In this document: one piece after another, positions 1-10,248 of the stretch | Numbering within the stretch: the stretch's first letter is position 1 | Layout: every line of letters begins with the position of its first letter | Assembly (NCBI GenBank): GCA_010015585.1 | Contig: ML975165.1 | Strand: one strand, 5' to 3' | DNA: 44,512 bases | DNA from: Eremomyces bilateralis CBS 781.70 | Taxonomy: Eukaryota | Program-made: the position numbers and the translations under genes | Notes under the pieces: generated by a model | What the model was told of the DNA's origin: nothing | Database searches by the model: none | Seen by the model: only the letters and a program-made list of their open reading frames with translations

Positions 1-1791
1 CACTCACACACCACGCTGCATGATAAGGAGGCCCTGTACAGCGAGTTCTCCAAAGTGGATTCCAAGATTCGAATTATGGTCGCAACTGAGTCACTGGGAA
101 CGGGAGTGGACCTCTCGAATGTCATACGTGTCGTCCAATATGGATTCCCCTTGGAGCGGCTTTTAAGCGTTCTCATCCAACGGTTTGGTCGTGCAGCTAG
201 AATGGCCAGCATCAAGGGGGAGGCTGTCTTCCTGGTGGAAAGCTGGGCTGTAGGCGACAGGGTTTCATCAACAAGAGCGGCGTTCTCCAGAAGCCGGAAG
301 CAGTCGTCTTTAAGACAGCTTTCTTATACGAGCCAGCTAGCTCAGTCATGCCCCGTCGAGCCAGAAGCGGAGAGTGATGTTCCAGACCACGAAGCGGATG
401 TTGCTGTAGACGCCATTGACTATGGCGTCCCAGAAGACCAGCGCAAACGCAAAACACAGAGAGAGCGCCGGACAGAGCTGTACAATGACTGCCCAGCACT
501 ATACAATTTTGTCAATCGATCCAATTGCCTACGCCGAATCCTGATGGATTGGCTGCAAGAGAGTTTGTCAGATCCCGCATCTAAGTTGCCTCCTCCTAGA
601 CCGGACGAATGTTGTAACGCCTGCAACCCTGGCCTGACGCGGACGGTGCCTTTCCCGTGGGACATTGCTCCCAGTCTTCGGAAACCCCACGCTGGGACAG
701 CACCAGGTGCATTTTATGACCGCCTAGCCCTCTGGGGAGACAATGTTGTTAACTCGGCGCATCAGACGGCGAAGCCCGAACTTTCCGTGAAGCTATTTAC
801 TCAGAAGAGTGAGTGGATATCATTATCGACAGAATATGCCTACATCCATACAGCCGCTGAGTTGGAGGAGTTTGTGAAATCGACCTGGTTGAAAGACCAT
901 TCCGATGAACTCTTTAAGGAGTTTAATAATATCAAGTCCTACGTCGTGAGGAACTGGCCTGGAGGTAGCAGGCTAGAAACGTCACGGACGTCAGGAGCTG
1001 CAGGCCCAGTGCAGATTTCCCTTGATTATCAAGAAGTCTACAAGGGTCCAGAAGGGAGAGAGACTCACAAGGGGCAATCTTCAGTCGCGATTGAGCATCC
1101 CACTCAGCCAGAGAAACCTGTGTCCTTCTTGCGTAAGAGCGATGATTATATTTCCTCATTGGAGAAACTCATTGCTCGCGCGAGAGAGAATACAGCATTA
1201 TGCTCTCCATGTTCACCTGACCGAGCGTTGTCAGAAAGACAGCCTATGATTATTGCCGAGCAACAGTTTCGACAAAGTTCGTTGCTCGAGAGACAAGGTC
1301 CCCCTGCCACGAAGCAGATGTCCCAACAAGGAGAGCCTCAGGAAAGAAGAGTATCGACCGAAGTAAAGACTCTAATAACTCCCGATCAAGGACGAAGAGC
1401 ATCATTTTTGCGTGACCGAGAAGAGTACGCTTCCTCGCTAGAACGAATCACTGCCAACGCAAGAGAGATATCAGCCTCGTGCTCTCCTTATCTAGCTACC
1501 CAATCAGTGCCGATAGTGGTAGCAGATTCGTCATTAACATCCATTAGGTCGGTTACATCGACAAACGTAGATTGCTCCTCTGGCATATCTAGTGTTTTCG
1601 AAGACAGTGAGAATGGTTTGTCCAGCGTAAGTGGTGGCAATCAGTCGTCGAAACGTCCCGCACCGAGTGAAGGAGAAGGAGAAATGATAAAGCGGGTCGC
1701 TCTCAGCGTTTTAGACTCTAATATAAGGCGAAGTCCTCGCAGTGAAAAAGAGAAGAATAGGCGTTATTACCACGGAGAGCGGATATTATAG
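1..1791 (+). CDS. RecQ-like SF2 helicase, C-terminal part (5' truncated by window edge)
   Basis: Frame open from base 1 (HSHTTLHDKEALYSEF); motif V ATESLGTGVD, VVQYG, motif VI QRFGRAAR; Zn-binding CLRR...CCNAC; long disordered tail. Confidence 0.85.
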   Translation, partial: HSHTTLHDKEALYSEFSKVDSKIRIMVATESLGTGVDLSNVIRVVQYGFPLERLLSVLIQRFGRAARMASIKGEAVFLVESWAVGDRVSSTRAAFSRSRKQSSLRQLSYTSQLAQSCPVEPEAESDVPDHEADVAVDAIDYGVPEDQRKRKTQRERRTELYNDCPALYNFVNRSNCLRRILMDWLQESLSDPASKLPPPRPDECCNACNPGLTRTVPFPWDIAPSLRKPHAGTAPGAFYDRLALWGDNVVNSAHQTAKPELSVKLFTQKSEWISLSTEYAYIHTAAELEEFVKSTWLKDHSDELFKEFNNIKSYVVRNWPGGSRLETSRTSGAAGPVQISLDYQEVYKGPEGRETHKGQSSVAIEHPTQPEKPVSFLRKSDDYISSLEKLIARARENTALCSPCSPDRALSERQPMIIAEQQFRQSSLLERQGPPATKQMSQQGEPQERRVSTEVKTLITPDQGRRASFLRDREEYASSLERITANAREISASCSPYLATQSVPIVVADSSLTSIRSVTSTNVDCSSGISSVFEDSENGLSSVSGGNQSSKRPAPSEGEGEMIKRVALSVLDSNIRRSPRSEKEKNRRYYHGERIL

Positions 1792-1796
1792 ATGGA

Positions 1797-4537
1797 CTAC
1801 TCCGACTCGATATCCGAAGGTAAGCCCCATTCGTGGGCTTCATCTCTATCTTCCAAGGGCTGGTGACGTAGGTTAGCACAAGACTGAATACTCTACTAGA
1901 ACAAAACATACTAGTATCGCCATCATGTCGTTATCGGGATCCAGATCAGCCGTCGCTCCTCCTGTCTCGTAAGGTGGCACTATTATTTGATCTTCGTCTC
2001 TCATGACCTTGGCGTTAAATATTTCTAGCTTCTTTGTCGCCACCCTTTCGAGCCCGATCGTATGTATGTCCGGCGCTTGATGTCTGGCTTTCCTACCGCC
2101 TCTGTAAAATTTAATCGAATCGCACGCCAATTCAAATGCCAGTATATGAATATCATCCACTGGAGAGGGCACGGAATGCTTGGAGCTTTCCTTCCGCGCA
2201 AATGCTTTCTCTATCGTCTTGCGTAGGAAAACAGTGTATTCTGCTGTTAACGAGGTAGTCTTAAACAGTGCATCTAATCCGAAAGTCGACGTTCGACGGG
2301 CCCAAAGCTCTCTTTTCAGCTCCAGGTTCAGATATTCAAGGCTACGATCGACTTCTTGCCAAGTGTCCCGACAGCCATGTGGATTAACGAGGCTATTCGA
2401 GAGTATTGCGCGCCGAAGCTCCTTATCACAAGCTTTGGTGCTGGTGAGCCGTTTTAGATAGAGCATTTCGAATGCGTAGTTTGATTGTCCAGTCCCCTCG
2501 AAGTAAAAGCAACAGACACCAATGACTCGGTCGATGAGTCCTATATCTCCGTTTTTGATGCCGTACTTCAAGGTCTTGTACACAACCATTTGTTGAAGGT
2601 ATCGAGCATGACTGAGGAACTCCTCATCGACTGTATTGTTGGCATGCTTCTCCTTTGATGGTCGCCAGGCTTCCGGCCCAAATGCGGATCTGCGAACATC
2701 CTCCACTAGGTCCATGAAGCCTCTAGTATTCATGTTCTGAATTGCCTTGTCAACCTCCTCTTGATCGGAGGTATCGATGCCGTACTGCTCGAGGCGAGTA
2801 TAAAGTAGTCCAATAACTCGAGCGTCGAAACTGTGAAGCACCAGCTCTTCTAGAACCTGAAAAGCTGCACGGTCCGCTGGAATATTCTTTCGTCCCCAGA
2901 AGTTGATGTTGTGATAGAGAGTTGAAGCGTCCTGTTGCTCCATGTTTCCGTAATGTGTCTTTTGCATGAGCCATAGAAAATTCATGCGCAGGTGAAAGAG
3001 AGCAGCGACTCCTATCAGCCAGTCTTTTCTATCATACGATATAGACGCGTCGACTTGCTCAGCCTGCATAGATCGGATGAGTGAAGAGGTTTTTTGATCG
3101 CCAAACGCCAAGAACAGACGGTTGTCGAATTCTTTACTATCTAGTTGGAATTGGCGCTTGTAGATGCTCTCTATAACCTCGTAGGAGCCATCTAGAGTAC
3201 CTTCGTTGAAGAGAATCGGACCGAGCGTCTTGCTATCTGTCTTTCGAAGCTCAAGTAACTCGACGGTTGGCATAGCCGGGAATGGGATGTCGGAATTAGA
3301 GAAGATAGATTTGACCGATTTTGGATATGCTGTCCGAATCGCCTCCGCTATGAAGTAGCTGTCAATCTTGGAGGCAGTCTCGTCGTATATGGCGGCGCCG
3401 GGAGAGTAGAAAAGGTCCTCTATTGAAAGTGGAGTCTCACGGTGTAGCATCGATTTCCTTAATCCACCTGGAGGAATGTCGGCGCCTCTGAAAACTTTCC
3501 CCGTTGTTACCGAGCGCATTTCTGCATGGTTTGAAATGAGCTGGTGCTTAACACCTTCTCGATAGTCGAAATTATCGTAGACAACACAGGCGTTCAGCAG
3601 CTGGCCGTATCGACGGACCGTCCCCTACGTACGGTTAGTTGAAATCCATTCCGAGGGACGGTGACGATGCCTTCGCTTGTTCTGCCACGGTTTCAAGATG
3701 TCTGTGGACTGCCTTGTAGCCTTCACAAACCCCAAATTGGTGAAAAAGGTCGAGGACCCGACGTTTCACGCCATTGGAGTGTAGAAAGGCACCAAATACG
3801 CGGGGAAACTTGTTGCTCCCTTCCGACGCCCGAGAATAGCAGAGGATCGACGTGATTATCGCAGTCCTGTGGTTAAATTTAGAAGGATCTCGTGGTGGTC
3901 GATCTTTCCTCTCTATCTTGGGCGCCATAAGACCGTCGAGCAGTCCACATAGAAGAGGAGCATGAGTGTTAACTTGCTCATACATCCAGCCGAACCGCAA
4001 GTCGTCGAGTATGCACTCGTAGTCCTCTGGTTTCTGGCCATCTTCAGACTGGCCATCTTCAGACCGCCCCTCCCGCCCAATACTGGCCTGTAGAGACTTT
4101 TCTCGTTCGCGGTGGACCTGGTAGGCACTAAACATACCTCCGGCTTCTTCCAGCGCTTTCATTTCTTTTCTTAGTGCCTTCACGGTGACAATTCCTCCCA
4201 CACCAGACGCAGGATGTTGTCGTATTGCGTCTAGCACCTCTGGTTGAGTGTATATCGCGTCTACAAGGCGTTTGGCACGCGTCGCAGGTCGATCTCCGTA
4301 GCCGTCACCACCTTGAGTTGTTACATACACTCGGATGAACTCGGCAAGCGTCAAGTGGTGTGTTTGGGACATGTATTTGCATATGTCGTTCACTCGCTTT
4401 TCTGACGTCCATACTCGAGATCTGGCGCGTCTACGATGGACATCGGCAGTCGAAGCAGTAGTTCGTGGCTGTTCTCTGCTCTCTAGAGGCGTTGGGTTCA
4501 GTCGTACGCTGCGCCGAGAGGAGGTTCGATCTGACAT
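1797..4537 (-). CDS. DUF6589-like putative (AcademH) transposase, 3 exons (4537-3671, 3624-1912, 1859-1797), ~880 aa
   Basis: Spliced ORF is continuous; motifs VYDNF, FGDQKT, ALFHLRMN, DRSLEYLN; introns 3625-3670 (GC-AG) and 1860-1911 (GTATGT...CTAAC...CAG). Confidence 0.75.
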
Positions 4538-4701
4538 CGTCCAAAATTCACTGGGTTATCAAGAAACGATAGAGGATTCGATTGAACGAGTCAATTTTAC
4601 TGTGCGATAGCTCGTTGTGGAGGAAAACGAGGTTGATGTGATTAAATTGCTCTCATACAAACGATCTCGATTCAGGCCAAAAATCAATGACAGAATCCTC
4701 A

Positions 4702-4886
4702 GGCTATTTGGTCGAGGACCATACCAATTAGGTATAGCGCGGTTCGTTGCCTCAGGCACGACCACAATGGCCTGAGCTTGCTGAGGTAAGCTATTTGTTC
4801 GAGGAGCACATGTGACTTACCGATTAGGTATAGTCCGCTCCGGTGCCTTGGCACGACCACAAATAGCCTGAGCTTGCTGAGGTAAG
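4702..4886 (+). repeat. Two imperfect ~90-bp subterminal tandem repeat units
   Basis: Exact GCCTGAGCTTGCTGAGGTAAG at 4770-4790 and 4866-4886; ATTAGGTATAG and GGCACGACCACAA also present twice. Confidence 0.9.
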
Positions 4887-4922
4887 ATCAAGGCGATCAA
4901 CCGCAAGCCTGGCTTAGTAGTA

Positions 4923-7500
4923 CAGAGCTTCCATCGATAATTTTTATCGGGTAATCTGATACGATAATCGGTATCGCCGATACCGATTATCCTGTAATAT
5001 TACCCGATAATTCCTTAGCGCCCTGCCGCCCACCAAATGCTTCAAGTGATAGAAATCATAGAATATTATTTACGTCTCAATCACCACGTACAGCATAATG
5101 AGCTCTATATTCGATTTATCTAGTGTTTCAAATTCTCTTGAGTCTGAAAATTCAACCATTACCACCAATTCGCGCAAGAAATCCTCTCCGATCCATAAGC
5201 ATACTCGAGAGCCAAAAGACGGTGAACCAGCGTACGACAAGAACGGACATCTCCTATATTATTGCAACTACTGCACTACTACAGCGAAGAGTTCAACAGC
5301 TGGGCTTCGGCTACATCTTCAAAAAGAGCATGATATCGAGTCTCCTACGGGTATACGTCGTGCGGCAAAAATCGCTGGAGAGGAGGCAGTTGTTGAGCTA
5401 TACCAAGCTATTCTAGCAAAGGGAGGGGGCACTACGGAGATCGATACAGAGGTTCTAGAACAGGTTATCAATCAGGAAGTTCTAAAGAAAGCTATTCTGG
5501 ACTTAGTGATCGTACGACGGCTCCCCTTCTCGATTGTTCAATGGCCCGAATTCCATGCTTTCTGCTCCGCACTCAACCGGGAATCAAATACCTTTATTCC
5601 TACGTCCCCCTCTACTGTCTCAAAATGGATCACGGATTCCTTTCCGGAGGCACAAGATATCGTACGAAAAGTACTTCAATCTGCCAAAACAAAGATCCAC
5701 CTTGCTGTCGATGTCTGGACCTCTCCGAATCGACATCTTTTGCTTGCAATCTGCGCTAGCTTTGTGGACGACCAGGACCATCTCAAGAATACTTTGATTG
5801 CTCTTCGTACGATACATGACCACAGCGGCAAGGGACAGTTTGACGTCTTACTTCCTGTACTAGACGACTATGGAATTACCCAGAGTGTCGGTGCTCTTGT
5901 TGGCGACAATGCAACAACAAACGATACTCTTTGTCACGAGATAAGCCAGCATCTTTCTCTCGAGTATAAGATTTCGTGGAGTGCCACACAACAACGGATT
6001 CGCTGCCAGGGCCACATTCTCAATCTCGTCGTCCAAGCGTTTCTTTTTTCAAAAGAAGACGACGAGGATATCATGAAATCGTACGATAAAGAAGATGAAG
6101 AAGGGGAAGAATTAGGAGAGAAGGAGAAGAAGGATCGAGCGAATAATATTCGGAACAGAATGGGAGTAATGGGAAAACTCCATAATATTGTCGTACACAG
6201 CCGAGAATCAGGAGGTCGGATGAAAGAGCTTGTTAGGCTTATTGGGAGATCAATTCCTCTTGATAATCGTACGAGATGGAATAGCTGGTTTCGGATGTTC
6301 GAGGTGGCGCTTTCCGATTCTGTACGACCAGGACTTCAAAAGTATATGGAAATGTACCATGAACAGGGCTCAATTGACAAAAAGGATCTAATCAGTACTG
6401 AAGGTTGGATACAACTCCGTACGATTTGCTCATTTCTTGAAGTTTTCGATGGGGCAACTCTTTTCTTACAAGGAGACGAAGTCACGCTTGAACGGGTTCT
6501 GGAAAGTATGGACATTCTTGAAGGTTTCTTTGAAAAGACTCTGGTAAGTCGTACGATCCAAAGAAGTATTCTTTTATTAATTCTTTAGGACGAGATGAAG
6601 CAGGATAAAGCTTTGAAGCAAATTTTTACTCGAGTTCAATCTTCCTTTACAAAGTTTAAGGACTATTCCGCGAAGCTAGGGGGATCTCCATACTATGCCG
6701 CAGCGCGAATTCTCCACCCAGAGAGGCGTACGACATGGTTACAAGATAAGAACGGAGAGATTTCAACGGCGTCGCAGCAAACCCTATGGAAAGTGAAGCA
6801 ACTCTGGGGGAAATGGCGCAAAGAAATACTACCTTCAGTTGTTGCAGCAAGGTCATCCGATAAAGAAAGAGCTGGACAGTCAATTACTCAGCCGGACGAC
6901 AGAAAGCTCGATTCGTTTCAGAAGCTTCGCCGCGATTACCAGGACAGACAGCTTCGCCCACAGAGCCAGGATGAGCTTGAGAATTTCCTTGCGGAAACAC
7001 CGTCGTACGGTATCTCTAGACCATCAATCAAGTGGTGGACAGACGAAGTTCAACAACAGAGATGGCCACGGCTCTCACTCTTTGCTATTGAAATCCTTTC
7101 AATACCAGCGATGAGCGATAAGCCAGAGAGAATCTTCTCAGGCGGACGACGTAGAGTAGGATGGGAGCGCGCATCAACGAGTCCAGGGATGATTGAGAAG
7201 ACGGAGTGTATGAAGGATTGGAAGAGCCAGGGCATTTTAAAGGTAAAATTCTAGAAGAACAGATTTCCTTATCGTACGATAGTGTTTATTTAACTTAGAC
7301 TAGCATAAAGAAGAGAAGGTTTAATTCGATTATTTTCTATTTTCTATTCATAATTATAAATATCACGACGATTGTGAGGGCTGGGGTTTAAAATAACGAT
7401 ACATGCGTAAACTATCGGGTATTATTAGATAATCGGTGTCAGGAAGCCCCGATACCCGATAATCGTATCAAACCTATCAGAGCTATCGGTGGAAGCACTG
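4923..7500 (+). mobile_element. hAT-superfamily DNA transposon (Restless/Tfo1-like), apparently full length
   Basis: 17-bp TIRs CAGAGCTTCCATCGATA (4923-4939) vs revcomp CAGTGCTTCCACCGATA (7484-7500); clustered CGATAA/TATCG subterminal motifs at both ends; transposase inside. Confidence 0.92.
5098..7254 (+). CDS. hAT transposase, ~703 aa, one 45-nt intron (6544-6588)
   Basis: BED finger (CNYC...HLQKEH), LAVDVWTS, GDNATTND, RCQGHILNL, TRWNSW, hATC motif WPRLSLFAIEILSIPAMSDKPERIFS; GTAAGT...TTAG intron joins the two ORFs in frame. Confidence 0.92.
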
Positions 7501-8188
7501 CAAGTTAGTAGTTAGTACTTTAACTTAGATCTAAAACGGATGGGGAATTAATCGCACACTGAAGCCTTATGAACATCGTATCTAAATAATACTGGGAAGC
7601 TTATTCTGTATGGGTATGTATAGGCAGCCTAGGATTAATGAATCCCTTCGCATTTGAACTCCCATCAATACATCAGCCACCTTCAGTCAATTCTGATATT
7701 ATATGAATAACATTGAGTGCTACTGAACTTGCCCCCAAAAAACGGCAGTATTTTAATGCCGTATTTGAAGGGGTTTTGGCTTGGTGGAAACTCGCTCGTT
7801 TCATTGCCGTCGTTGCCGGCATTGCCCAAAAGCATTTTCTTAGGAGACGTTTGCGATTTGGTGGATCTATGGACTCGCGGAAAGTGGGTCTATAGTTAGT
7901 AGTTTGACGTTAAATGATGGTGTTGCTAAATCCCTGGGATATAGGGCTATAAACAGACTAACCCCATATCTATGGATATGAGGAAAATAAAGCATTCGGC
8001 ATTCCAGCGCCAGTCATCCTCTCATGATGTAAACCCTTCGCCTTCGTAGTCGATAGCAACCCTCTGTCTATAGGATTCTGGGTAACGGGCTATAGGGAAT
8101 CGATGCAAGGGCTGAAGTCTCATATAGACGGACCCGAATTACGTCTCGGGTGGATAAGCGAGTGCAAATAAGCCCTTTTCGTACTAGG

Positions 8189-9803
8189 TCACGTTTCCGG
8201 GGTATCGAGGGGCTTCTGAGCATAAATGATATGACTAGAGTGCGGTCAGTAACGGCCAAAACCGCCGGACGAACGGTGAGACTGACTACTTGTGGTAAAA
8301 GTACGTCGTCTTCATGTCCTCACGGAACTTCGCGTTCAGCACATCCACTTCCTTCGGATCCCAGCCCCGGAATGCCGTCAAGAGCCGCATGCTCATCGCA
8401 GCGGCCCCCTCGCGCATGGTAGTTCCGTAGTACTGGCCAACCAAACTCTTCTTCTTGTCTTTAGGCCAGCTGCCGGAGGGCACTTCGAAAACATGATTTT
8501 CCAACTTGGTGAAACCTGTAGATTTGCAGATGTCCGGGATGATGAGGGCGGGAGTTGGCGTCGCGCCATAGTAATCTCCGCATGTTTCCATCACCACATC
8601 GTGCCAGGCTTTGACGGCATTGTCGGGCAGCTTTCCTAGTTCGCCGGAGGGGGAGTAAGGACGGACGTCCCAGTCCTTGAACTCAACCCAACCACCAGGA
8701 TTGAGTTGTCTGTTAAGGTCAACTTAAATACATGGGTGCTTAGATGCGAGGGGGGGCACCGGATAGATGTTACGGGGAGAGTTACCGAAAGCACTGTTTA
8801 ATGAGCTTAGACCAATCATGGATGGAGCCGGCCAGGTATCGACAATGGACGAAATCGAATTGGCCGCGGAAATTCCATTCGTCCTCGACGTCATCGATCT
8901 CGAATTGCACATTTGGTGGGACCCTCGTCACGTTAGATGGCACTACTTGAAATTGTCAGTTAGACGCACCAGGAAGGTTGTCTTGGGCTGAGGTCGACTC
9001 CGGTAACCTGGAATATGAGTTAATAGGTAAACTAAGCATGCATTGGGGAGGGCCTATACCTTCGCACTTGGATACTTGTCACCTATTCAGGTAAGAATTA
9101 GAAGCACTCAAGACAATCTGTTCTGTACAGTCCCTTCTCACCCATATCAATTGCCCAGATTCCTGTTCCAGTTCCCACGTCGAGGATTGCTCCCGGATTC
9201 TCGCCAATCGGTGCGAGGTGAAGCTCGCCGTTCAGATGGAGTAGAGCAATATGATGATGAATATCCAGCCGGTCTAGCTCGTCATCGTCATCTGGCATGA
9301 TATATTCTGGTTCAAATCAATCAAAAGAAAGGATCATCTACTGGCAATGGTGGTCGCCTACTGCCCGACTTGTATGAGTGGTATCGGCGACCATTTTCAA
9401 ATGTGTGTTCTAGAATCGAAGACGCAAGCGAGGTGGTCTCGCTTGCTCTACGATGAAAATGTCAGTACTTCTATTGAGAGGACAGTCTGCCGGAATAGCG
9501 GACTGTGCTGAGGGCGGCTCGTAGCCTTACCCGTCGTCTCCGATCGCAGAGTCTACCTATATTCAAAATCAGAAACACATTACAACTTCGACTCGTACAA
9601 ATGGAGAGTTCAAACGCAGAAATATCGACCAATGGATGCAACCAATAATGTTGGGAAACAACAATAGCGTCGCAGATCAAAGCGATGTTGCATACCTCGG
9701 TGCCAACCTCAACGGCTACAACGTCAGCAGCCTCTTCGATGGTAGCGGTTGGCCGATCTGCCGGGGCCGCCGGAGAAGGCGATTTAGATACGGCTTCAGT
9801 CAT
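8189..9803 (-). CDS. LaeA-like/TdiE-like class I SAM-dependent methyltransferase (multi-exon)
   Basis: ENGRRYHSY, ELDRLD, LDVGTGTGIWAID, VPPNVQFEIDD, PGGWVEF, C-terminal YAQKP; ATG 9803, stop 8189-8191. Confidence 0.88.
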
Positions 9804-10248
9804 GGTAGGCGCAAGACTCGCAAGAGATATATCGGATGGATTGACTTGCGGGAGAGAGCGGGAGAGGGTCAAGATAGAGAGAGATACGCGGGGCCCTATT
9901 TTTATAGAGGAGGCGAGGGTAACGAAGGATCATCATGCGGACCAATGACGACCAAGGTCATGGTCGGCTCCATTAGTCTGACGCTAAGCTCAAGGGAATG
10001 GGCGGGCTGCTGCGGGGAGAAAATAGTGCAGAAGCTTATGTACTGTGGTTTGTTGCTAGCGAGTAAGGTATCTAGCTCATATCGCCGATGTTGACTCAAG
10101 TGCTATGGGGCGACTGGTGACTGGTGATGATTGGAGGGAGGTTTGGGGGGCTCCGAGGAGCGGATGGGATCATGGGAGTGATAAAGCACGAAAAGTCGCA
10201 TTTCCGAATCCATCTGTGGCTCCCCTTTTTTTTTCGTGTAACCACAGC

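Larger units (their letters stand above)
1..4911. mobile_element. AcademH-like DNA transposon (helicase + transposase, convergent), left part outside window; right terminus approximate
   Basis: RecQ-like helicase and DUF6589-like transposase are tail-to-tail; ~90-bp subterminal tandem repeats at 4702-4886; a paralogous relic at 20.5-22 kb indicates repetitiveness. Confidence 0.7.

Noticed and set aside
4702..4886. Repeat-spacer-like pattern considered as CRISPR
   Set aside because: Eukaryotic context, only two units, and the intervening sequence is also similar: a tandem subterminal repeat
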